From Promethearchaeota archaeon (lineage in GTDB: Archaea; Asgardarchaeota; Lokiarchaeia; Sigyniarchaeales; SOKP01), in NCBI GenBank assembly GCA_016839585.1, contig JAEOTZ010000004.1, positions 1 through 64,000 on the forward strand: a DNA stretch of 64,000 nucleotides, in the 5' to 3' direction. Position 1 is the first letter of the stretch; every line of letters begins with the position of its first letter. Below the pieces are notes generated by a model. It had not been told where the DNA came from. It saw only the letters and a list, made by a program, of their open reading frames with translations, and searched no databases. A program made the translations under genes and the position numbers. Below, piece by piece: positions 40,377 to 50,315 of this stretch.

Positions 40377-41726
40377 TTATTCCTTCTCTTTCCTACGTTT
40401 CTTAATGAAATACACTAGAATACAGCAATTTATTGCGATTATAAGAACTGTGTTATATCCAGGTATTGCTTGTTCACCATTCCCATCAGCTTCCTTCAAA
40501 TTATATTTGACCACAAGTGTGTCATTAGTACCGAATTCATCACTACTCCCTGCGAGATAAATATTTTCTTCGGAAGAATCTAATGCTATTGAATGGCACC
40601 CCTCTTGATGAGCTACTCTCCTTGTATAATTCCATAGGTATTGACCTGAATTATCATATTTTACAAGAGTAATATCCCCAAACATTGCGAATTGGAACGG
40701 GCCTCCAATCATGTCTAAAGTCCCCCCTATATAAATATTATCTGAAGAATCTATTTCTAGTCCCATTGCAAAATCATTATCACTTCCGCCCCATGTTTGA
40801 TTCCATTGATGTTGACCATCCGAGTTGAATTTTATTAAAACTGCATCGAGATTTCCCCAATTTCCTACGTTCCCCGTCAGGAATATGTTTTCTGAGGAAT
40901 CTAAGGCAACATTCCAACTTATGTCAAAATTACCTACATCTCGGGTACGGTGCCATTCCTTAGTGCCGAAACTATCGTACTTTACTAAACAAATATCTGA
41001 ATTTCCTTCATAATAGTCTGTAGTACCAGCAAGATATATGTTATTTGATGAATCTAACGCAATTCTATAAGCTACATCCATACCTGCGCCACCCCAAGTG
41101 CGACTCCATTCGATAAACCCCGAACTATTACATTTTACTAGTAGTATATCTTCATTCCCACCAATCGCATCATAGCCCGTTAAATAAATATTATCCGAAG
41201 AATCTATTGCTATTCCAGCACCGAAACTGTATTCTCCAATTACATGTTGCCGATACCAATCCAATACACCTTCACTATTATATTTTAAAAGAATTATTGG
41301 CATAGGTCCCATTAGCGGGAACGACGTTCCCACTACGTAGATATTATTCAGGGAATCAAAAGCTATTCCATAACCAATAGAATCACCTGTAACTGTCCAT
41401 GTACGATTCCATTGTAAATCTCCTAAACTATTATATTTGAGTAAAAAAAGAGACTGCCCCGTTCCTACAGTTTTAAAATTAGAAACACCTGTAACATAAA
41501 TATTGTTTGATGAATCTACTTTTATATCAAGTACCGCATCTTGCTGATACCCATCCCATGTACGATTCCACTCACATCCGGCATTATTGCTAATAGATAA
41601 ATTAGAATTGGCGCTTTTCTTTCCATTCTCTCTTGAAATGTAGTTTACAGTATTAATTTGGCTTAGTAGTAGACCAATGAATAGTATAAAAATTACCAAT
41701 GTTAGAGATACTTTTTTTATTTTCAT
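40377..41726 (-). CDS. SBBP-repeat beta-propeller surface protein with IPGY-TM-basic sorting signal
   Basis: ~7 repeats of IAlDSSnNIYlaG...LVKY.S.G...WnrTW; signal peptide; QAIPGYN + TM + KKRRK. Confidence 0.85.
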   Translation of the reverse strand: MKIKKVSLTLVIFILFIGLLLSQINTVNYISRENGKKSANSNLSISNNAGCEWNRTWDGYQQDAVLDIKVDSSNNIYVTGVSNFKTVGTGQSLFLLKYNSLGDLQWNRTWTVTGDSIGYGIAFDSLNNIYVVGTSFPLMGPMPIILLKYNSEGVLDWYRQHVIGEYSFGAGIAIDSSDNIYLTGYDAIGGNEDILLVKCNSSGFIEWSRTWGGAGMDVAYRIALDSSNNIYLAGTTDYYEGNSDICLVKYDSFGTKEWHRTRDVGNFDISWNVALDSSENIFLTGNVGNWGNLDAVLIKFNSDGQHQWNQTWGGSDNDFAMGLEIDSSDNIYIGGTLDMIGGPFQFAMFGDITLVKYDNSGQYLWNYTRRVAHQEGCHSIALDSSEENIYLAGSSDEFGTNDTLVVKYNLKEADGNGEQAIPGYNTVLIIAINCCILVYFIKKRRKEKE

Positions 41727-42041
41727 TACTTTCGCCTTTTTATTTTAATTATTTTTTAAATTAAATCATTAACAAATATGTCGCCCAATATATAAATCTA
41801 TTAGATCTTAATTTCAACAAAAATTAAAGACAAAACAGAAAACCCTTAATAAAGAAATGAAAGATTTCTCTGAGTTTTTCACATAAATATCTATTAAAAG
41901 ATATTGTAAAATTATATTTAACTAATTTAACTAATTCCAATCCATGATCTAAAAACATGAGTCTTAAATAGTGATTCTGTTCTTTATTAGTATTTTTTTT
42001 CTTTTCTTAAAGAATCCTTACATAATACTTTTGGAAATTTC

Positions 42042-42073
42042 AAAGTCTTACTTACAAAAATGAAGATTTAAAA
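42042..42073. repeat. 32-bp direct repeat, copy 2
   Basis: AAAGTCTTACTTACAAAAATGAAGATTTAAAA (31/32 identical to copy 1). Confidence 0.8.
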
Positions 42074-42123
42074 GTAAAAAAATAAGATAAATAAAAATTC
42101 TCTATTGCTTAAAGATATGAGAT

Positions 42124-42861
42124 TTAAGACATGGTTACTATTCCTGAATTTTCATCTAGATTAATTATTCCTTTTACAGCTAGCTGTTTAATAGTTCTCG
42201 TAGCCATTATTGGAGGTACATCTAAGATTTTTTTGAGATCATCAAGTTTACACGAGCCTTGTTGCATGATTGTTGCGATAATATCGACTTCAGGAATTTC
42301 TTCATCAGAATTTTCAATTAAGAACGAGGTAAAAAAACTATTTCTTTTGATTTCTTTTAATTTTTTATCTAATTCGTTCATTTTTTCTTCAGAAAAGGTA
42401 GCTTTTAATTCAGATTCTCGATTTTCATTATCAATCTTTTTTTGGTCTAATCTCATCTTTTCATTTTCTTTCATTGAAACTTTTTCATTTACAGAGTTTA
42501 ACTTTGCTTTAAGGTTATCCAATTCAAACTGTGGTGCCTTTTTGTCATTAACAGCTTTCTCAAGTGTTGTTTTTAATTCTGTTATCTTAGATATTAAATC
42601 TTCTTTTTTAACTCGTGGAATTTCAATTTTTTTATCTAATTCATCAGCTTTAGTTCTTAATTCCATTAATTCTAAATTTTGTTGACGAATAATTTCCTCT
42701 AGTTTTTCAATATCGATTTGTTCTGCTTTTACATTTTTCCAAATTTCACTTAGACCCTGAAGAATATCCTTACTATTACTTTCAAAAGCTTGATAGAAGG
42801 TATCAAAAGCAGTTTCGAATTGTTCAACTAATCCCAGAATTTCTTTAATATTTGAACTCAT
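42124..42861 (-). CDS. coiled-coil protein with C-terminal winged helix
   Basis: Long E/K heptad region; IIATIMQQGSCKLDDLKKILDVPPIMATRTIKQLAVKGII wHTH. Confidence 0.75.
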   Translation of the reverse strand: MSSNIKEILGLVEQFETAFDTFYQAFESNSKDILQGLSEIWKNVKAEQIDIEKLEEIIRQQNLELMELRTKADELDKKIEIPRVKKEDLISKITELKTTLEKAVNDKKAPQFELDNLKAKLNSVNEKVSMKENEKMRLDQKKIDNENRESELKATFSEEKMNELDKKLKEIKRNSFFTSFLIENSDEEIPEVDIIATIMQQGSCKLDDLKKILDVPPIMATRTIKQLAVKGIINLDENSGIVTMS

Positions 42862-43610
42862 TAAAAATCAACCTCCTCCAATAGTTTTACTGTACCCGCT
42901 CCCTCATTGTATTCAATTGGTCCATTCTCCTCTACCATCTTTCTTAGTATATTTTTAGCTTGATCTTCTCTCATATCAATAGCAACGATAATATTTCTCA
43001 GATCTAATGTACTACCTTGCTGTAAGGCTCTAATAAATTGATATTGTGCAGAACCAATATACCCTTTGCTTATTAATCTTTTCATAGCATTAACTTTATT
43101 TTCATAAGATTGCACAAATTTTTGCTTTTTAAAGAACGTATTTTCCAGCTCAGTTTCAATTATATTTAATCTCTCATCGAACTTGTTGAGTTCTTTTGTT
43201 AAAATATCAATATTATTTTCTAATTCCTTTAGTCGTTGATTACGATTTTCTAATTCTTCATTTTTTACCCTAATCTCTTCTTTTGTTGCATTTAATTCAT
43301 TTTGAGCAGTTTGAATTCGGTCTAATAACTCTTGACGTTCTTTTGTTAGTTCATCTACATTTTCTTCCAATCTTAAAGTATCATGTTGTGTCTGGGAAAT
43401 CTTAGCTTTCAATGTGTTACTTTCATCGTTATTTGACTCAATCTTCTGTTGGTTTTCGGTTTTAACTTGTTCTAATTTTTCAATTTGCTCTAGTAACTTA
43501 TTTAGTTGGTCTTTCAATTTAGGGGTAGATTCTGTATTTATTCTGCTTAAGTTATCAATAACATTAACAATTTTTTTAATATGATTTTTCGAATCAAATA
43601 AATAACTCAT
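42861..43610 (-). CDS. coiled-coil protein with C-terminal winged helix
   Basis: Long heptad region; FIRALQQGSTLDLRNIIVAIDMREDQAKNILRKMVEENGPIEY; TAATG overlap with the next gene. Confidence 0.75.
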   Translation of the reverse strand: MSYLFDSKNHIKKIVNVIDNLSRINTESTPKLKDQLNKLLEQIEKLEQVKTENQQKIESNNDESNTLKAKISQTQHDTLRLEENVDELTKERQELLDRIQTAQNELNATKEEIRVKNEELENRNQRLKELENNIDILTKELNKFDERLNIIETELENTFFKKQKFVQSYENKVNAMKRLISKGYIGSAQYQFIRALQQGSTLDLRNIIVAIDMREDQAKNILRKMVEENGPIEYNEGAGTVKLLEEVDF

Positions 43611-43711
43611 GTGGTAACACTCCTCTTAAATTATTAAAAGGGTAAAACAGATTATATAAATATTATAGGCTACTTATTTTTAAACTTGTATATTTGTAAT
43701 TTATAATTGTA

Positions 43712-44554
43712 CTATAACTCTTTTTTAATTTCTTCAATGAAAGTAGCCTTTTTAATCGGGCTTAATCTAATTGACCTTCTTTTCATAACAATATTCAAAT
43801 TATCAATTAAGCTCTCTGTGAAGTAATTAAAATCAAAATTGAAAGAGGTGATGGAATAGTATTTTTTTAGAAATATGATGATTAACTCAATCTTATGTTT
43901 GGGGTCTGTCATTTCAAAAATTCCAGGATTGGTGTCTAATAACGCTGTACAAATCCAGGCTAAATCATCAATAGGATTTCCTTCATAAGAATCTTCAAAA
44001 TCAAATCCGTATAACGTATCTGTGGTAATATCAACAATGAAATCCTTTAATCTCGTGTCAGCTTTATTTAAAACAATAATCTTAGAAGGATCTTTTTCAT
44101 CAATAATATTGTTTTTGTGTAATTGAGCAATCCAACTTGCGAGCTTTTCAACACTATTTATAATTCTTTCTTTAACTTCTGAGTCTAGATCATCTAAATT
44201 AACTGTATTAAGTAGGTTATCATTTATTAAATGACACAGATTAGTTCCATTTAATTTTTCAAGTATTAGGTAAGATTTTTTGAATAGTAAGAGCTTTGGA
44301 ACATTTATATCTTGGTTTTCTAATTTTTTATAAGTTATAATCTCATTTTCTGCATTTTTTGTTTGGAATTTTTTTAGGATTAATTCTTTTGGAAAATTTC
44401 TTGGTTTTCTAATAAATGTTAATTCATATACCAAATTTCTTTTACTTGGCAATTTTATTAATGAAAACGAATTTAAGTCTCCAGAAAAACCTGAAATCTC
44501 ATCCTTAAAATTTTTAGCAAACTTTTTTTTGATTTTTTCAATATCCATTTTCAA
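43712..44554 (-). CDS. protein-kinase-like (APH/Bud32/Kdo-type) phosphotransferase
   Basis: ILKKF, E...Y..L....INVPKL, NKADTRLKDF catalytic loop, GFDFE. Confidence 0.7.
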   Translation of the reverse strand: MKMDIEKIKKKFAKNFKDEISGFSGDLNSFSLIKLPSKRNLVYELTFIRKPRNFPKELILKKFQTKNAENEIITYKKLENQDINVPKLLLFKKSYLILEKLNGTNLCHLINDNLLNTVNLDDLDSEVKERIINSVEKLASWIAQLHKNNIIDEKDPSKIIVLNKADTRLKDFIVDITTDTLYGFDFEDSYEGNPIDDLAWICTALLDTNPGIFEMTDPKHKIELIIIFLKKYYSITSFNFDFNYFTESLIDNLNIVMKRRSIRLSPIKKATFIEEIKKEL

Positions 44555-44645
44555 AAAGTATACTTTTTTATTTTATCCTCAAAGATCTAAATATTTCTAG
44601 ATTATTTATATTAATTTTTAAAGATAAACTCTTTTAAAATTCTAA

Positions 44646-46256
44646 TTATAAAGAAAAAACAGGATCTAAATAATTAAGCTCATTAAACACTTCTACTCTT
44701 TTACGACAACTACTACACATTCCACATGGTTGATCACCATCATAATAACAGCTCCATGTCCATTCAAATGGTACATTTAATTTTTTAGCTAATTTTATAA
44801 CATCATTTTTGTTCATTTTTACCAAAGGATGTAAGAATTTTATAATAGATTTATCTTTTTGATGTTTTCCTTTATTTATAAGTGTCTTGAGTGAATTAAA
44901 AAAGTCTATACTGGCATCTGGAAATTTATTTGCATCTTCAATTAAATGACCCCCTATGATGTAGTTACAACCATATACTTCCGCATAATAAGCTGCGTTA
45001 GAATAAAAAATTAAATTTCGAGCAGGAATAAAACCTTCTGGAGCATCAACTACGCTGGGTACAGGAAATCCATCTATACGTAATTCAATAGCTTCTTTCA
45101 AATATTTGATTGGAATCTCAATTATTTCAATTCCCAATTCTTGAGCTTGCTTTAGCGCTGCTTTTCTCTCTTTTTCAGGTCGATAACTATAATTGAAAGT
45201 AATAGCAATTAGGTTATACCCTTTATGGTGAGCCCAGTAAAGAGCTGTAGCAGAATCAATTCCTCCAGATAATAGGATTATTGCTTTTTTATTCTTTTTA
45301 TCCTCTTTAAGAACCATTTTTTCGACGATAGATGCTCTGATGGCTTCATTTAGATTTGATAACTTAAATCCTAGTGCTTTGGCAGTAAGATTTCCATCAG
45401 ACGTAATATCACTTTGCATAACATCGATCATTTCTTGGCATAATTTCAGTTCTTCAGCAGCTTTATCGTATGGTATATTTTTAACTCTTGGAAAAGGAAC
45501 TTTAAAACCAAGTTCGATCATATTTTCATGGACCATTTCCACTAATCGAAGCATATTAATCACTTCGGGACCAACTAACTCATAAATCTGATTGTTCTCT
45601 CCACCACCATTTGCCGCAGCTAAAAATGCTTTGCTTGCATCTTGCACAAAAATCGGTTGAATAGGGAATTTACCATCACCAGCAATTAATACCATCCCGT
45701 CAACAATCTGTTCTATTATTTCAGGAATTAATTCATCATTAGGTCCTAAAATATAAGATGGACGAAAAAAAACATATGGTGTTTTTCCACCTCTAATTAT
45801 TTGCTCGGCAACCATTTTAGAACGGAAATACTCATTATTCGCCCATGCTATCTTCCCATATTTATCAACACCTAAACCTGAAGGGTATATTATTCTAGAA
45901 ACATTAGCTTTTTCAGCTGCCTCAACAATAGCACGAGCGCCATCAATATTTACTTTTTCAAAAAGTTCTTTAGAACCACATACTATGTTAGCAAAATGTA
46001 TAACCGCCTTACAACCTTTAAATGCATTTGCTAAAGCAATACTATCGAAATTCTTTATAATGAATGGTTTTGCTCCTAATATTTCGATTTCTTTTACCAC
46101 TTCTTCTCTTCGGACAATGCCAACGACCTCCCACCCTTCCTGTACAGCAGCTCTTATTGTACGTTGTCCTAAAAAACCATTAGCTCCTGTAATTGCTAAT
46201 TTCTTAGATTCAGTCATATATTTATTCAAAAATTTATTGTAAATTGAAAAGCTCAT
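44646..46256 (-). CDS. queC: NAD(P)-binding SDR/epimerase domain fused to 7-cyano-7-deazaguanine synthase QueC
   Basis: N-term TGANGFLG and YFRSK; C-term LSGGIDS, IPARNLIF, TWSCY..PCGMCSSC. Confidence 0.9.
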   Translation of the reverse strand: MSFSIYNKFLNKYMTESKKLAITGANGFLGQRTIRAAVQEGWEVVGIVRREEVVKEIEILGAKPFIIKNFDSIALANAFKGCKAVIHFANIVCGSKELFEKVNIDGARAIVEAAEKANVSRIIYPSGLGVDKYGKIAWANNEYFRSKMVAEQIIRGGKTPYVFFRPSYILGPNDELIPEIIEQIVDGMVLIAGDGKFPIQPIFVQDASKAFLAAANGGGENNQIYELVGPEVINMLRLVEMVHENMIELGFKVPFPRVKNIPYDKAAEELKLCQEMIDVMQSDITSDGNLTAKALGFKLSNLNEAIRASIVEKMVLKEDKKNKKAIILLSGGIDSATALYWAHHKGYNLIAITFNYSYRPEKERKAALKQAQELGIEIIEIPIKYLKEAIELRIDGFPVPSVVDAPEGFIPARNLIFYSNAAYYAEVYGCNYIIGGHLIEDANKFPDASIDFFNSLKTLINKGKHQKDKSIIKFLHPLVKMNKNDVIKLAKKLNVPFEWTWSCYYDGDQPCGMCSSCRKRVEVFNELNYLDPVFSL

Positions 46257-46425
46257 TTCTATTTCTATTTAACTTTTATAAATTATTGAAATAATTTCAT
46301 CATATGAAAGTCCCATGCTATAGTATTTTTTTATTATTTTTAAACATAAACTATAAAAACTCAAAATAGCTAATCTTATACAAAAAATTAGAACTATTTA
46401 TGAACTAAAGGTAGGTAGCTTAAAA

Positions 46426-46881
46426 ATGGGATTTAAAGTAATTTCAAATACATCAAGAGCAAAATTCAGTGCTTGTCACTTTCTTAAGGAACCATTAAAA
46501 TGTTCAAGAATTCATGGACATAATTATTATGTGACTGTTGAGGTCTTAGGTGATTTAGATGAAAATTATTTTGTTGTAGACTTTATAGAACTTCATAAAA
46601 CATTAGTTTCTATCGTTGAGCCTTTGGATCATTATGTATTAATTCCAACAGAATCAGATTATTTAAAGATCATTGAAGAAGAACACTCTATTGAGATTAT
46701 AAAATCAAGCAAGAGATATGTTTTTCCACGCTCAGATGTAAAATTTCTTCCCTTAAAAGCAACTACTAGTGAACTTTTAGCAAAATATATACATAATCAA
46801 CTAAAAGAAATTTATAACGATAAAAAGATAGTTGTAAAACTAGAAGAAAGTAGAGGATCCATAGCTGTTTATGAAGAATAA
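46426..46881 (+). CDS. queD: 6-carboxytetrahydropterin synthase
   Basis: FSACH, CSRIHGHNY, DF, LDH, TTSELLA; divergent from queC. Confidence 0.9.
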   Translation: MGFKVISNTSRAKFSACHFLKEPLKCSRIHGHNYYVTVEVLGDLDENYFVVDFIELHKTLVSIVEPLDHYVLIPTESDYLKIIEEEHSIEIIKSSKRYVFPRSDVKFLPLKATTSELLAKYIHNQLKEIYNDKKIVVKLEESRGSIAVYEE

Positions 46882-46980
46882 GATTTAAATTTATTAATTT
46901 AGAACATGTTCAGCTTAATGAATAAATATTTTATTGATTATTAAAATAATAAGTAAAAGTCTCAATTATTCAAATGTCTA

Positions 46981-47871
46981 ATGAGTCAAAAAAAATATAA
47001 ATTAGGTATATTTTACGGTATAGGTCCAGAAACTGAGAATTTAACAAAAAAATTTGTTGGGCATCTTATAAATAACGAAGAGTTTTGTAAAGCTTGTGAA
47101 ATATTAGAACAAAATGTAAAATGTGACAAATGTAGAGAACATATAAAGAGTTTTGCAAATGTAATCTACTTTTATGAAAAAGTTGGAGAAAATATACCTG
47201 ATTTTATTGAAGAACCAGAAAAATTTTTACCACATAATTTACCTCAAGTTGACTTTTTATTGGTTATTGGTATTCATCAAGATCTGCTTTCTGGCCTTCC
47301 CGAATACTTAAAAAATAAAGACATAAAGGCGGTAATTATTCCTATCGAGGCTCCTAAATGGGTTCCTCCTGGACTTCAAGTACAAGTTTTAGAAGAATTT
47401 GAAAAATATGGAATACAAGTTGCCTTTCCCAAACCCTTTTGTTCATTGAATAAAGAATTAGATGAATATAATACAGGTGGTTTTAATATCACTACAAACC
47501 ATAATTTTATTGAAGAATTTATTGATTACTTTAAAGTTGGAAAACCAATTGTGTCATTTTTGTTAAGTAAAGATGGAGAATATATTGAAGATACTTGTGT
47601 ACTTCAATCAGCTCCATGCGGTTCAACGTTTTTTATTATCCAACAACTCAAATCTAAATATTTTAAGAATGGTAAAAGCGGAGAATTATCATTAAATGAA
47701 AGAATAAGTAAAGCACATCATTCCTATCCATGTAATGCTTCAATGGACCAGGATTCTATATTAAAGGATTCTATACTTCATGTTGGAGGCTATTTAGTCA
47801 GAAATGCTATCAGACGGGAGTTAAACCTTAAAGAGGAAGAAGGACAAAAACTTGTGTATGTTATAAAATGA
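46981..47871 (+). CDS. DUF166-family protein with Cys-rich N-terminal insert
   Basis: DFIEEPE..LP, IHQDL, PKPFCSL, SAPCGST, HHSYPCNASM. Confidence 0.7.
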   Translation: MSQKKYKLGIFYGIGPETENLTKKFVGHLINNEEFCKACEILEQNVKCDKCREHIKSFANVIYFYEKVGENIPDFIEEPEKFLPHNLPQVDFLLVIGIHQDLLSGLPEYLKNKDIKAVIIPIEAPKWVPPGLQVQVLEEFEKYGIQVAFPKPFCSLNKELDEYNTGGFNITTNHNFIEEFIDYFKVGKPIVSFLLSKDGEYIEDTCVLQSAPCGSTFFIIQQLKSKYFKNGKSGELSLNERISKAHHSYPCNASMDQDSILKDSILHVGGYLVRNAIRRELNLKEEEGQKLVYVIK

Positions 47872-48105
47872 CATTTTATTTGATCTATTAAAAAAAATTT
47901 TTCAACTTTTTCCTTAATTTCAATAGCTTAAGTTGCTGGATATAAAAAAATCGTATTTATTGAAGAGATAACACATTTATTTATCAAAAATAAAAATATT
48001 TTAGAAAAATTGTTAAATATGTTCATATATAGATTCATTCTTTTATAGTCCATAAATGTTAAGTTCTAATTGAAGTTTAAACAATCATTACATAGGTGAG
48101 AAATT

Positions 48106-50253
48106 ATTACTACTATAGCATGTTCATCATCTTATTGTGAAATTGAAGAGGAAGAAGAAGAATCTTTTTTTGAAGATCATTTCTGGTTATTCTTAATACC
48201 TGCTGCTATTTTACTTGGAATTTCTATCTTTTTAGAGTTTGCATTTGAAATTGTGCTCACCGCTCAAATTCTTGCGATTGCTTCAATTTTTCTTTCTAGT
48301 TCAGGAGTCGTAAAGGAAGCAATAGAAGACATCAGAAAAAAAAAAATCACAGCAAGTATACTGATGTTGATTGCTGCTGTTGCATCTTTTTTCATATTAC
48401 ATGGACAAGAAGGAGCAACAGCTCTATTATTATATGCAATAGCGGAAAGATTAGAAGAAATTACAACTGATAAATCAAGGAATGCAATTAAAGAACTACT
48501 TGAGCTAGCACCTGATGAGGCATTATTAAAAACTGAAAATGGATATAAAAATGTTCCCTCAAAAGAGGTTAAAATTGGAGAGACCATTGGTATAAAACCT
48601 GGAATGAAAGTACCTCTTGATGGAAATATTGTAAAGGGGAGTTCATATTTTGATGAAAGTGCTATAACAGGTGAATCTGTTCCTGTATTTAAAAAAGAGG
48701 GAGATGAAATTCTTGCAGCAAGTCTGAATTCAGACTCTTTTGTTGATATTGAGGTTATCAGAGAAAGTTCTAATACCATTGTAGCACAAATAGCAGAAAG
48801 CATAAAAGTAGCACAACAAAATAAAAGTAAACATGAGAAGTTTATTGAAAGGTTTGCTAAATATTATACTCCAATCATTATATTATCATCAATTCTCGTT
48901 ATGAGTATCCCTCCTCTATTTGGGTTAAGGTTTTACGATTGGTTCTATCGTGGATTAGTCCTTTTAGTAGTTTCTTGTCCATGTGCTTTAACATTATCAA
49001 CTCCATTAGCAAACATTGCTTCTTTAACTAAGATGGCAAGAGAGGGAATTCTTGTTAAAGGTAACAGATTCATTGAAAAGATTCAAGATATCGAAGTATT
49101 TGCCTTTGATAAAACTGGTACACTTACTGAAGGTAATTTAAAAATTTTTGACGTTTATGCTTATAATGGTGCCAACAGATCACATATAATTAGTATTGCA
49201 GCCAGTTTAGAATCACTTTCCGAACATCCTATTGGTAAAACTATAGTTAAGCAAGCAAAAGAAATGAAGTTAACTTTTCAAGCAGTAGATAATTTCGAAG
49301 TGATAAAAGGGAAGGGTATAAAAGGGAAGATTAATGGAGAATTATTCTATGTAGGAAGCCATAAATTTATTGAAGAATTGGATTATGAACTACCTATTGA
49401 CGATATTAAAGAAATTGAAAATTCAGGTACAATCCCAATTTTATTAGGAAATAAGAATAATATTGTAGGAATTATAACAATTAGAGATGTATTGAGAGTC
49501 TCTGCCCCACTTCTCATAGATGGTCTAAAAAGAAGGGGATATGAGACTATCTTAATATCTGGGGATAACAAAAACGTCTGTAATTCAATTGGAGAGTGTT
49601 TAGATATAGATTATACATATGGAGAGCAATTACCAGATCAGAAACTACAAGAAATCCAAAATTTAAAAAAGAAATATAAAGGAGTAGCCATGGTTGGAGA
49701 TGGAATAAATGACGCTCCTGCATTAGCTCTTTCAGATTTAGGGATTGCTATTGGAGCCTCTGCAACTGATATTACATTGGAAACAGCAGATATAATTATT
49801 ATTAATGATGATCTAAAGAAAATACTTATATACATAGACTTATCCAAGAAAACTAACAAAAAAATCAAACAAAACATCTGGACTTCAATAATAGTAAAAG
49901 TGTCTTTCGCAGTATTAACTGTTATTGGATTAATGACCCTATGGCTAGCGGTGGGAATCTCAGACATGGGAGTCTCTTTATTAGTCCTTCTTAACAGCAT
50001 GACAATTCTTAGGTACAGATTTTTATATAAAGAAGTTTCGACTGAAGAGCTGGAGAGTGAAGCGAAATTGATTATTTGTGAGAATTGTAATACTAAAGAC
50101 ATCATCCCGCAACATCATGGTAGAGATATGGTTAAGAGAGGAGATAAGCTAATTTGCTGGAAAAATATATTAAGTAGTAAAGAACTGGAAACATGTGATG
50201 AGCAATTGCCACTTCATTGTCCTTACTGTCAAAATAAATTAGCATTAAAATAA
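48106..50253 (+). CDS. P1B-type heavy-metal ATPase (Zn/Cd/Co type) with C-terminal Cys/His domain; probable ATT start
   Basis: TGES, SCPCAL, DKTGT, SEHP, GDGINDAP; frame open from 48100, adding CSSSYC-EEEEE and a TM helix, after AGGTGA. Confidence 0.9.
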   Translation: MTTIACSSSYCEIEEEEEESFFEDHFWLFLIPAAILLGISIFLEFAFEIVLTAQILAIASIFLSSSGVVKEAIEDIRKKKITASILMLIAAVASFFILHGQEGATALLLYAIAERLEEITTDKSRNAIKELLELAPDEALLKTENGYKNVPSKEVKIGETIGIKPGMKVPLDGNIVKGSSYFDESAITGESVPVFKKEGDEILAASLNSDSFVDIEVIRESSNTIVAQIAESIKVAQQNKSKHEKFIERFAKYYTPIIILSSILVMSIPPLFGLRFYDWFYRGLVLLVVSCPCALTLSTPLANIASLTKMAREGILVKGNRFIEKIQDIEVFAFDKTGTLTEGNLKIFDVYAYNGANRSHIISIAASLESLSEHPIGKTIVKQAKEMKLTFQAVDNFEVIKGKGIKGKINGELFYVGSHKFIEELDYELPIDDIKEIENSGTIPILLGNKNNIVGIITIRDVLRVSAPLLIDGLKRRGYETILISGDNKNVCNSIGECLDIDYTYGEQLPDQKLQEIQNLKKKYKGVAMVGDGINDAPALALSDLGIAIGASATDITLETADIIIINDDLKKILIYIDLSKKTNKKIKQNIWTSIIVKVSFAVLTVIGLMTLWLAVGISDMGVSLLVLLNSMTILRYRFLYKEVSTEELESEAKLIICENCNTKDIIPQHHGRDMVKRGDKLICWKNILSSKELETCDEQLPLHCPYCQNKLALK

Positions 50254-50315
50254 TATAATAGAATTATAGAGTTTTGTTTTTCATTTTATGTTTGATTAGA
50301 AATTAAGATTATAAA

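Noticed and set aside
47869-47883. Other TGA-terminated genes (DUF166 protein, moaD, moaB, GTPases) as Sec read-through candidates
   Set aside because: The TGA falls at a natural C-terminus, is followed quickly by another stop or overlaps the next start, and I saw no SECIS-like hairpin.
48010-48035. ATATGTTCATAT upstream of the P1B ATPase, resembling an ArsR/SmtB operator
   Set aside because: Only a half-site is convincing in AT-rich sequence.
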